Notes under the pieces: generated by a model
Databases searched by the model: none
Told to the model about the DNA's origin: nothing
The model's input: the letters and a program-made list of their open reading frames with translations, nothing else
From: Nitrosopumilaceae archaeon
GTDB taxonomy: Archaea; Thermoproteota; Nitrososphaeria; Nitrososphaerales; Nitrosopumilaceae
DNA: 34,899 bases
NCBI GenBank assembly: GCA_052389415.1
Contig: JBQTHX010000027.1
Span: forward strand, 1 to 34,899
Direction: 5' to 3'
Program-made: the position numbers and the translations under genes
Part shown: positions 7,849 to 15,514 of the stretch, piece after piece
Layout of the letters: every line of letters begins with the position of its first letter
Position numbering within the stretch: position 1 is the first letter of the stretch

Positions 7849-8640
7849 TTGTTTACTTTGAAAAAGTCTAAGGATGTTGTTGCGGGATTAGGAGAAATTG
7901 GAATGCCAATATTACAGCTTATCTCAAAATCTATCGTTGCAGTAGGATACGATATAGATCAAAAATTAATGAATAAAAAACAATTTAGTCAATATGCCGG
8001 CCTTGACACTTGTTTATTGCACATTTGTATACCGTATACAAAAAAATTTGTTTCTAACGTGTTATCGCATTATCATAAATTCAGACCCAAGGGAATAGTA
8101 ATACATGGAACAATAAGTCCTGGAACTACAAACATCATTCAATCTAAACTCCCAATACCAGTCATTTACAGTGCAACAAGGGGAATTCACAAAAGAATGA
8201 CTTTTGATTTAAAACGATATACAAAATTTTTTGCAATAGAACCAAATGCTCCACAAGGCAAATGGGCCTCTTCAACATTTTCAAAAATTATGAAAAAATG
8301 CGGAGTCAAGACAAAGAAAATGTCTAACCCACTTACATTAGAGATTGCTAAAATTGTTTGTGATACCTCCTATTATGGATGGCTGATAAACTATGCCCAG
8401 CTGAGCAAAATGATTGCTATTAAGAATAACATTAACTACGATGAGATGTGGTCTTTCGCAGATGAGATCCACAAGTATTTGGGGAATAGACCAAAAATGT
8501 ATCCTGGCTTTATAGGTGGGCATTGCGTTATACCAAACCTTGATTTGATTAAAGGTGATACTCTTAATCTCATAAGAGAAATCAACTCAGATTATGCGAA
8601 GGTTCTAAAAAAGCGTAAAATGAAGGATTGGAAGTTTTGA
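7849..8640 (+). CDS. Short UDP-glucose/GDP-mannose dehydrogenase family protein
   Basis: Rossmann VAGLGEIG, IHGTISPGTT, E.AK and catalytic GGHCV motifs. The C-terminal UDP-binding domain is missing. The start may be TTG 7858. Confidence 0.8.
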   Translation: MFTLKKSKDVVAGLGEIGMPILQLISKSIVAVGYDIDQKLMNKKQFSQYAGLDTCLLHICIPYTKKFVSNVLSHYHKFRPKGIVIHGTISPGTTNIIQSKLPIPVIYSATRGIHKRMTFDLKRYTKFFAIEPNAPQGKWASSTFSKIMKKCGVKTKKMSNPLTLEIAKIVCDTSYYGWLINYAQLSKMIAIKNNINYDEMWSFADEIHKYLGNRPKMYPGFIGGHCVIPNLDLIKGDTLNLIREINSDYAKVLKKRKMKDWKF

Positions 8641-8651
8641 AACCACAAACC

Positions 8652-9695
8652 ATGACTTCTGGTCTTAGGACCATTGAATGGAAAAACAACACTGTCGTGA
8701 TGATAGATCAAACAAAACTACCAAACAAACTTGTTTTTGTAAAATACACTGATTACAAAGATGTAGCAAACGCAATTAAAACTCTAGTAGTTAGGGGAGC
8801 TCCCGCTATAGGAGTATCAGGTGCTTTTGGATTAGCCCTGGCTTCCATACAAAGCACAGCAAAAACAAAGAAAAAACTAATTGAAGATCTTGAAAAGGCA
8901 AGAAAAATCCTCTTTGAAACTAGACCTACTGCAGTTAATCTTGCATGGGGGCTAGATAAGATAATGAAAGTTGCAAACGAATCTGACAATATCTCTGAAA
9001 TAAAAAAATCAATTATTCAAACCGCAAAAAAAATGGCAGAAGAAGATATAGCAATTAACATGAAGATGGGAAAATATGGTGCCACTTTGTTTTCAAATAA
9101 TGATACGATCATGACTCATTGTAACGCTGGAGCACTTGCTACGGTAGGATACGGAACAGCTCTAGGTGTTATACGTGCGACAAGAGATGATGGGAAAAAG
9201 ATCAAAGTTATAGCTACTGAAACAAGACCTGTAATGCAGGGTTCAAGGCTTACTGCATTTGAACTAAAACATGACGGAATAGATGTCAGCTTAATTCCTG
9301 ATACTGCAGTTGGATATGCCATGTCAAAAGGACTTGTTAACAAAGTTATTGTTGGTGCTGACAGAATCCTACGTACAGGTCATGTCTATAACAAAATTGG
9401 AACCTATCAAGTTGCTACGATGGCAAAACAACACAACATACCATTCTATGTGGCAGCCCCTCTCTCAACATTCGACCTAAAAAGTACTCCTAAAGACGTA
9501 ATCATTGAAGAAAGAAAGGCAACAGAGGTAACACAAATAGGCGATAGAAAAACTGCACCTGATGATATAGGCGTCATAAATCCAGCTTTTGATATGACAC
9601 CTCCAGATCTAATCTCTGGAATAATAACCGAAGCGGGAATAGTAAAACCACCATTTAAAAAATCTATCAAGAAATTATTCAAGTCAAAGCTGTAA
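8652..9695 (+). CDS. mtnA: S-methyl-5-thioribose-1-phosphate isomerase
   Basis: IDQTKLP, VRGAPAIG, TRPTAVNL, THCNAGALAT.GYGTA, ETRP..QGSRLT, NKIGTY and NPAFDMTP motifs. ATG 8652 preferred over 8628. Confidence 0.95.
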   Translation: MTSGLRTIEWKNNTVVMIDQTKLPNKLVFVKYTDYKDVANAIKTLVVRGAPAIGVSGAFGLALASIQSTAKTKKKLIEDLEKARKILFETRPTAVNLAWGLDKIMKVANESDNISEIKKSIIQTAKKMAEEDIAINMKMGKYGATLFSNNDTIMTHCNAGALATVGYGTALGVIRATRDDGKKIKVIATETRPVMQGSRLTAFELKHDGIDVSLIPDTAVGYAMSKGLVNKVIVGADRILRTGHVYNKIGTYQVATMAKQHNIPFYVAAPLSTFDLKSTPKDVIIEERKATEVTQIGDRKTAPDDIGVINPAFDMTPPDLISGIITEAGIVKPPFKKSIKKLFKSKL

Positions 9696-9727
9696 GGTAT
9701 TTATTTCATACAGGATGAATTCATTTT

Positions 9728-10354
9728 ATGGTAGTTACTTCAGAACAAATTCTAGAATCACTAAAACAATGCATGGATCCTGAAATTCCAATTAATGTTG
9801 TGGATATGGGACTAATTTATGGAGTAAATATAAGTACTGACAATAAAGTCGATATTAAAATGACCATGACAACAAGAGGTTGTCCTTTACATGATACACT
9901 AGTCAGTGATGTAAAAAGATATGTAAACAAGGTTCCAGGAGTAAATGGGGTTAATGTTGAAATAATTTGGGAACCTGTCTGGACTCCGGAAAAAATGTCT
10001 GAAGCAGGAAAGAAGATGATAAACTATGGAAAACAAAAAATCATCACACCGATAAATTATGAAACTGCGTTACCACAAGGAGTAGGTTCTGTTGTAAAAC
10101 AAGAAGATGGTTCGTTAATCTTGATGAATGAACATGAACAAGGATTCATGGTAAACCAAGCAATTATTGATTTTTGGAAATTATGCAATGGACAAAGAAG
10201 AATAACAGATCTTGTTAATTCATTTGCAGAATTGACAGGATTCCAAAGAGGGCAGGTAGAAAAAGAAGTAATGCAACTAATCCAACAACTTCGTGATGGC
10301 GGGTTAATTATTATAAGTGAACCCGAAGTATCTAATGTACAGTTTAAGAGATAA
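9728..10354 (+). CDS. DUF59/MIP18 (SufT/PaaD-like Fe-S assembly) domain fused to a PqqD/RRE-like winged-helix domain
   Basis: DPEIPINVVDMGLIY, MTMTTRGCPL and W.P.WTPE.MS (DUF59). The C-terminus has the PqqD pattern N....FWKLCNGQR.I.DL..........V..EV..LI.QL...GLI. Confidence 0.85.
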   Translation: MVVTSEQILESLKQCMDPEIPINVVDMGLIYGVNISTDNKVDIKMTMTTRGCPLHDTLVSDVKRYVNKVPGVNGVNVEIIWEPVWTPEKMSEAGKKMINYGKQKIITPINYETALPQGVGSVVKQEDGSLILMNEHEQGFMVNQAIIDFWKLCNGQRRITDLVNSFAELTGFQRGQVEKEVMQLIQQLRDGGLIIISEPEVSNVQFKR

Positions 10355-10368
10355 ATCCGAAATTCTTG

Positions 10369-10608
10369 CTAAATTTCTTGAATCTCTGTTATTGTTCCCT
10401 GCACAGAATCCATTTTTACGATAGCTCTCTTTTCATTAAATCCAAGAGCAACATACCAGTCTCCCCCATCCTCATCATATTTTGTTTCAAGGGTCTTAAC
10501 CAGATCTGGTGATACATTATACTGTTTTACAATTCCAGATACTGCCAGAGGAATTGCCTCCTTTTCAGTAGGTAACCTTCTCTTCATTAGGCCAATTCCA
10601 GGACTCAT
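10369..10608 (-). CDS. Small hypothetical protein (~79 aa), PepSY-like C-terminal pattern
   Basis: Part of ORF 10369..10710; start placed at ATG 10608 (MSPGIGLMKRRLPTEKEAI). WYVAL...AIVKMDSVQGTI resembles the PepSY beta-meander. Confidence 0.65.
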   Translation of the reverse strand: MSPGIGLMKRRLPTEKEAIPLAVSGIVKQYNVSPDLVKTLETKYDEDGGDWYVALGFNEKRAIVKMDSVQGTITEIQEI

Positions 10609-10696
10609 GAATTCTCTTCTCTCATGTGGTATAATAGTTATTACTCGGTCAAAAAAGATCAAAATTTTGTCATATGATCTGATCTGGTAAGGTTCT

Positions 10697-10719
10697 TTTG
10701 TAAATGACACATTTACAAA
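10697..10719. promoter_or_regulatory. Perfect 10-bp inverted repeat with 3-nt spacer (candidate operator)
   Basis: TTTGTAAATG-ACA-CATTTACAAA, ending 2 nt before ATG 10722 in a divergent intergenic region. Confidence 0.65.
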
Positions 10720-10721
10720 CT

Positions 10722-11024
10722 ATGGTTCTTACAACGCAGCTAAAGGAAACACTTCATCAACTAATAGACAATTTAATGGTAAATCCTCAACAGATGAGAA
10801 ATATGGCATATGATCTGAAGCCCCTTGCTAAAGATGACGTTGAAGTAGCTTTTGGAATATTTGTTGGGTATGTTACAGGAGGATTTGCAGAATTATTTTT
10901 TGAATCACAGAAACGAAGTATGACAGCTTCTGAATTGATTCAAGTCAGAAAGATTTTGTTTGAACGAGCGCTTGAAATGAAAAAAGCTATTGCATACGTA
11001 CGCGCTCATGAAAGTCAAAACTAA
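10722..11024 (+). CDS. Hypothetical helical protein (~100 aa)
   Basis: ORF 10704..11024. ATG 10722 (MVLTTQLKE) is preferred because ATG 10704 lies inside the palindrome. No recognised domain. Confidence 0.7.
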   Translation: MVLTTQLKETLHQLIDNLMVNPQQMRNMAYDLKPLAKDDVEVAFGIFVGYVTGGFAELFFESQKRSMTASELIQVRKILFERALEMKKAIAYVRAHESQN

Positions 11025-11043
11025 ACATTTCAAAACAACACAC

Positions 11044-11050
11044 TATATAA
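11044..11050 (+). promoter_or_regulatory. TATA box of the AmoC-like gene
   Basis: TATATAA 25-31 nt upstream of ATG 11075. Confidence 0.55.
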
Positions 11051-11074
11051 TGTCATTCAGGTAATTTTACTCAA

Positions 11075-11662
11075 ATGAACCTTTCAAACACTTTTTCTAG
11101 TGCATTAATTTCAAATAGAAAATCGATAGTCACAACCATAGCCATCTTAGCTGTATCAGGAACTGTAATTGAGCTCTTAGCTGGTATATGGGATGCAACA
11201 TCACATCTGATGAGGGAGCCTGAACAATTTTGGACAATTCAACATATTGTCGTGTATACAGGTGTAGGCTTGATTACATGTTCTGCAATTATAAGTTCGA
11301 TTATTATTTTAAATCTAAAAAATCCATCTTTAAAAAAAGGATTAAAAATTATTATCATTGGAGCATTGTTGCAGATTACTGCTGGTGATGCAGATTCCGT
11401 TTCTCACGAAATTTATGGAGTTGATGGATTAGTTACTGTCTCGCATCTTGTTCTTGAAACAGGCCTATTACTGAGTTCTTTGGGCGGATTTCTTTTGTTG
11501 ACTGCAATAAAAATAAACCATAAAATAATTCTAAAATTTTCTATACTTTCTGTGCTTCTTTCCGCAACATGGATTGGGTTTAATCTTTTTTTACTTGTTG
11601 CCCCTGTCCAACTATGCCTTCCCGTCTATGAGGGATTCTCTTCAGGTTGCGCAGTACTTTGA
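11075..11662 (+). CDS. Integral membrane protein with two D-x3-H-x12-H motifs (AmoC/PmoC-like metal-site architecture)
   Basis: About 5 hydrophobic helices. D40-H44-H57 (WDATSHLMREPEQFWTIQH) and D107-H111-H124 (DSVSHEIYGVDGLVTVSH). The CDS is well supported; the function is inferred. Confidence 0.7.
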   Translation: MNLSNTFSSALISNRKSIVTTIAILAVSGTVIELLAGIWDATSHLMREPEQFWTIQHIVVYTGVGLITCSAIISSIIILNLKNPSLKKGLKIIIIGALLQITAGDADSVSHEIYGVDGLVTVSHLVLETGLLLSSLGGFLLLTAIKINHKIILKFSILSVLLSATWIGFNLFLLVAPVQLCLPVYEGFSSGCAVL

Positions 11663-12117
11663 CTGCTTAATTTCTTGTATCCTGCGAAAATAACAAATCC
11701 AGCACCAGAAAAGGAAACCAAGAGTGGAATTAAAAGTTCGTTGACCTTTGCATCGCCAAATTCAGCCTCAATCCTTACAGGATTCTCAGAGAAGTTTGTT
11801 ATTTTCATAGAGTATAGTCCGCTATGTGAAAATTTGAAATAGTTCACAGCCATTTTTGTCTCTATTTTTTTATCTTCTATCACATTACCATTAGAGTCTG
11901 TTATCTGCACAAACAGAATATCTCTAGAGTAATTTGGAACATTAAGTACGTAAAAACCGATTCCATCTTTATTCAAATCTAGATCAAGTCTTGCAGTTTC
12001 TTTTGATTCTAAATCTATAGTATGAGATATTTTTTCACCGCCAGAAAATACAATTGCTATCCATATAGAAGCAATAATTAACAAAACTAATCCAATTCTA
12101 AAAGGTGAGTACAACAC
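11626..12117 (-). CDS. Hypothetical membrane protein: TM, beta-sandwich (GOLD/p24-like) domain, TM
   Basis: N- and C-terminal hydrophobic helices flank a beta-rich domain containing F...HSGLYSMKITN. Its 3' end overlaps the convergent gene by 37 nt. Confidence 0.7.
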   Translation of the reverse strand: MLYSPFRIGLVLLIIASIWIAIVFSGGEKISHTIDLESKETARLDLDLNKDGIGFYVLNVPNYSRDILFVQITDSNGNVIEDKKIETKMAVNYFKFSHSGLYSMKITNFSENPVRIEAEFGDAKVNELLIPLLVSFSGAGFVIFAGYKKLSSQSTAQPEENPS

Positions 12118-12178
12118 ATTACTATCTAATCACTTTCTTAAATTCAAAACTATCATCGTTGAAGGATAATCTATTCAA

Positions 12179-12253
12179 AGGGCCCGGAGGGATTCGAACC
12201 CTCGACCTGGTGGTCCGAAGCCACCCGCACTATCCTGGCTATGCAACGGGTCC
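12179..12253 (-). tRNA. tRNA-Arg(UCG), intronless, CCA not encoded
   Basis: GGACCCG TT GCAT AGCCAGGATA GTGC G GGTGG CT-TCG-GA CCACC AGGTC GAGGG TTCGAAT CCCTC CGGGCCC T folds as a full cloverleaf. Confidence 0.95.
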
Positions 12254-12296
12254 GATCAAGTAAGAATTTAACAGGGCTAAATATCTGTCTAGATAA

Positions 12297-13469
12297 TTGA
12301 AAATATCAACTAGAGTTGCAGGTGTGGAATATGCTATACGTGATATTGCCCTTGTTGCAAAAAAACTAGAAAGAGAAGGTAAAAAAATAACATATCTTAA
12401 CATAGGTGACCCAGTGCAATATGGATTTCAACCTCCTGAAAATGTCAAAGACGCATTTATCGAAGCAATAAAAAAAGGACAGAATTATTATGCTCCATCA
12501 GAAGGACTAGCTGAACTTAGATATGAAATTGCTCAAAAAGAGAAAACAAAGGGTCTTTCCGTATCAGAAGATGACATTGTTGTAACAAACGGAGTTTCTG
12601 AAGGTCTTGAGATGTTGATGGCTTCAATAGTAGAACCTGGTGATGAGGTTCTAATACCAGGACCATATTATCCGCCCTATGCATCATATGTGAGATTATT
12701 TGGTGGTGTTCCTGTAGAATTTCTCGTAGATCTTAACAATTCCACTCCAGATCTTGTTGACATTAAATCAAAAATTACATCAAAAACTGTTGCAATATGT
12801 CTTATCAGTCCAAACAACCCAACTGGTGCTGTCTTTAATGAAAAATCACTAAAAGACTTGGTAAACATTGCAGTAGAACATGATCTATACATTATATGTG
12901 ACGAAATATATGATCAAATAGTTTTCGACGAAAAGTTTGTTGGAATAGGCAAAGTAAGTGGTGATTCTCCTGTAATTTTAGTAAATGGTTTTTCAAAGGT
13001 TAATCTAATGTCTGGTTGGAGAATTGGATATATTGCATTTAACAACTCTAAGAAACTCGAACTTCTTCGTGAAAATATTCCAAAACTTGCCAGAGTTAGA
13101 ATTGCATCAAATCTCCCGGTTCAACATGCTGCATTGGAATCACTTAGAGGCCCACAAAATTATATTTCAGAATTTGTTTCTCAATTGAAAAAGAGAAGAG
13201 ACTATGTGATCAAAAGATTAAACGGTATGCATGGAATTAGTTGTTCTATTCCAAAGGGCGCTTTCTATGCATTCCCAAAGATTGAGAGCTCAAAACACAC
13301 TTCTGATAAAGAATTTGTTCTTGATCTTTTAAGATCAAAAGGTATCTTAACGGTACATGGTTCAGGCTTTGGCACACAATATGGAAGCGGTCATTTTAGA
13401 ATGGTCTTTTTGCCTGAAATTAATGTATTAGAAACAGCACTTGATAAAATTGAAGAATTTATGGCTTAG
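12297..13469 (+). CDS. PLP-dependent aminotransferase class I/II (alanine/aspartate aminotransferase-like)
   Basis: LNIGDP, PNNPTG, DEIYD, NGFSK...MSGWRIGY (PLP lysine) and P.GAFYAF motifs. Confidence 0.93.
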   Translation: MKISTRVAGVEYAIRDIALVAKKLEREGKKITYLNIGDPVQYGFQPPENVKDAFIEAIKKGQNYYAPSEGLAELRYEIAQKEKTKGLSVSEDDIVVTNGVSEGLEMLMASIVEPGDEVLIPGPYYPPYASYVRLFGGVPVEFLVDLNNSTPDLVDIKSKITSKTVAICLISPNNPTGAVFNEKSLKDLVNIAVEHDLYIICDEIYDQIVFDEKFVGIGKVSGDSPVILVNGFSKVNLMSGWRIGYIAFNNSKKLELLRENIPKLARVRIASNLPVQHAALESLRGPQNYISEFVSQLKKRRDYVIKRLNGMHGISCSIPKGAFYAFPKIESSKHTSDKEFVLDLLRSKGILTVHGSGFGTQYGSGHFRMVFLPEINVLETALDKIEEFMA

Positions 13470-13861
13470 AACTTCCACACTGTGGTTTTTCTAGGTATTA
13501 TTTTTATAATGCAATCAGTCTGTTCAAAAAGCTCCTGTGCAGATCTATTGTTTAGATTCTCAAAATATCTTAATAAAATCTTCTTTGCCATATCAGAAAC
13601 AGTTTTCTTTTTCAAAATTAATTTACCAATTCCTATTCCCATCACTCCATATATTGGGGAATGAATGCCTGCATCTACACAATAGCTGATTTTGGGGTTC
13701 CTTTTTACATTTTTTGCTTTTTGCGTGCCAGTATTAGTTCCGATATAAAAAAAGCCCTTTTCGTATAGGTACCAAACAGGAACAATATGTGGTGTGCCCT
13801 TCTTGTCTATTGTAGCAAGTCTGAGTATCTTTTGTGATTTAAGAAATTTGTCTTGTTTCAT
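13466..13861 (-). CDS. Pyridoxamine 5'-phosphate oxidase-like split-barrel protein (FMN- or F420-binding)
   Basis: LATIDKKGTPHIVPVWY and QKAKNVKRNPKISYCVD. Start placed at ATG 13861 (MKQDKFL). Confidence 0.85.
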   Translation of the reverse strand: MKQDKFLKSQKILRLATIDKKGTPHIVPVWYLYEKGFFYIGTNTGTQKAKNVKRNPKISYCVDAGIHSPIYGVMGIGIGKLILKKKTVSDMAKKILLRYFENLNNRSAQELFEQTDCIIKIIPRKTTVWKF

Positions 13862-14081
13862 CAGGACTCTTCCTATATCCCATGTACAATAAAAAGCCGC
13901 CAAAAAAAATCATACCAGCTGAAATTTTTTCATTTGTTATCTCATTTGATAAAAAAAAATCTAATACGAATTCTGGAGGAAAGATGAGCAGATTTCTAAT
14001 AATTGTTATAGATGCAGCGACGATAAATAAAATTCCCATAGCTGTAAACCAGTTACGGCCACGACGATTGACTATTCTCAT
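13839..14081 (-). CDS. Small hypothetical membrane protein (80 aa, 2 TM)
   Basis: Two hydrophobic helices; co-directional between npdG and the PPOX-like gene. Confidence 0.7.
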   Translation of the reverse strand: MRIVNRRGRNWFTAMGILFIVAASITIIRNLLIFPPEFVLDFFLSNEITNEKISAGMIFFGGFLLYMGYRKSPDETRQIS

Positions 14082-14106
14082 GATATCATTCTAGAAATTA
14101 TAGACT

Positions 14107-14778
14107 TTAAACTATCTTTATACCAGGATTCTTCATCTTGTTTTTTATCATTATATTCAAAAGTATTGGTGTGGCGATTTCGGCTAAATATGAAAGTGAG
14201 CCAGGACCAATGATAAGAGGTCTGAGATTTTTTATTTCCTTTACTAATCCACAAACTATTTCAATTGCGTTTTGATCGTCACCACAGATAAAAATGTCAG
14301 AGTCCAAAATAAGATTAGGATCTACAAGTTTTTTTTCTGATATAGTGTGAAACGCGGCAACTAACTTTGTTTTATCTCTCATATGTTTTTGCACCATCTC
14401 AAAGGCAGATGGTTTTTTTTCAATAAATGAAATGAACTCAAACCCTGAACTAGTCTTTGTCATTGGCACTATTGGAGAAATTACTATACAATCGTCCTTT
14501 GTGTTAGAAAGTATTGCAGGGCAGGTAGAATCAATGTTTTCAAAGGGAATTGACAAAACTAAAACATCGCTTTTCTTAGCTACTGACACATTGTCATTTC
14601 CAGTTATCTCTCCTTTTACAGATCCATAAAGTTCTGCAGCGTTTTTTGAATATTCTAAAGCTGACTGTGTAGCTTTTGTTGCATCCCGAGAACCAATTAA
14701 CACATCGTGGTTTGCACACCATCTTAAGGCAAAACCTTTTCCCATACCACCTGTGCCACCAATGATTCCTATTTTCAT
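14107..14778 (-). CDS. npdG: F420-dependent NADP oxidoreductase (NADPH-dependent F420 reductase)
   Basis: MKIGIIGGTGGMGKGFALRW, IGSR, VAAFHTISE and D...CGDD motifs. Confidence 0.88.
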   Translation of the reverse strand: MKIGIIGGTGGMGKGFALRWCANHDVLIGSRDATKATQSALEYSKNAAELYGSVKGEITGNDNVSVAKKSDVLVLSIPFENIDSTCPAILSNTKDDCIVISPIVPMTKTSSGFEFISFIEKKPSAFEMVQKHMRDKTKLVAAFHTISEKKLVDPNLILDSDIFICGDDQNAIEIVCGLVKEIKNLRPLIIGPGSLSYLAEIATPILLNIMIKNKMKNPGIKIV

Positions 14779-14832
14779 GAAATCAACGCTGGTAATGTTA
14801 TTATTATCTCTTATTTAAAATCTGAAACATTA

Positions 14833-15453
14833 TTGTCTTTGATAATTTTTCTACGTCACGCACAAGCAAAAAATAACGTAGAACGAGTTCTAGCTGGCCG
14901 TAGGGAAGGTTTTCCACTCACAAAAACAGGCATACAACAAGCAGAAAAGATTGCTCAATTTCTAAAACCTCTTCAGATCTCTGCAGTTTATTCTAGTCCT
15001 ATTGAACGAGCAATAAGTACTGCAAAATTAGCTGCCAAACATCTTAACTTGGAAATCAGGACAGATTCAAGACTCACCGAGATTGATATGGGCATGTTTT
15101 CAGGGATGTTTTATGAAGATATGTTCAAAAAACATGGAAATGTTTTTCTTAAATTTTATCAGGATAATCCAATAATTGAGGAGAACGGTGTAGAGACGTT
15201 TTCTAATGTTAAAAAAAGGGTATTAGATATAGTAAATCATTGTTCAAAGGAACATCAAGGTCAAAACGTTTTACTAGTAACGCATATGGATCCGATTAAA
15301 GCAGTGCTCTCAACAATCTTACATCTAAAACCAGAATCTCTTTACGAACTAATAATACGAAACGCTTCTCTTACAATTCTAAAAAAAGAACAAAACAATT
15401 ATTCCTTGGCTGCAATAAATTCCATGGATATAGAAAGATATGTTCAGGATTAA
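14833..15453 (+). CDS. Histidine phosphatase (phosphoglycerate mutase family)
   Basis: LRHAQ, YSSPIERA..TA, L.EIDMG and LLVTH motifs. Confidence 0.9.
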   Translation: MSLIIFLRHAQAKNNVERVLAGRREGFPLTKTGIQQAEKIAQFLKPLQISAVYSSPIERAISTAKLAAKHLNLEIRTDSRLTEIDMGMFSGMFYEDMFKKHGNVFLKFYQDNPIIEENGVETFSNVKKRVLDIVNHCSKEHQGQNVLLVTHMDPIKAVLSTILHLKPESLYELIIRNASLTILKKEQNNYSLAAINSMDIERYVQD

Positions 15454-15514
15454 CCTGTAACTCTATTATTTTTACCAGAACCAATATCTATGGGTTAAGA
15501 TCATCATGAATTAA

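Noticed and set aside
4984-10354. Lasso-peptide-like system (asparagine-synthase-like cyclase plus PqqD/RRE)
   Set aside because: There is no transglutaminase-like leader peptidase and no precursor with a lasso-type leader/core. The two genes are 3.5 kb apart with unrelated genes between them, and the glycan context explains the AsnB-like gene better.
11075-11662. Calling this gene the bona fide amoC
   Set aside because: Archaeal AmoC is highly conserved, and this sequence shares only ligand spacing and topology. No amoA/amoB is present in the window.
12118-12253. Integrated element or prophage at a tRNA-Arg 3' end
   Set aside because: No integrase or viral genes, and I found no att-like repeat of either tRNA 3' end apart from the short similarity between the two tRNA-Arg genes themselves.
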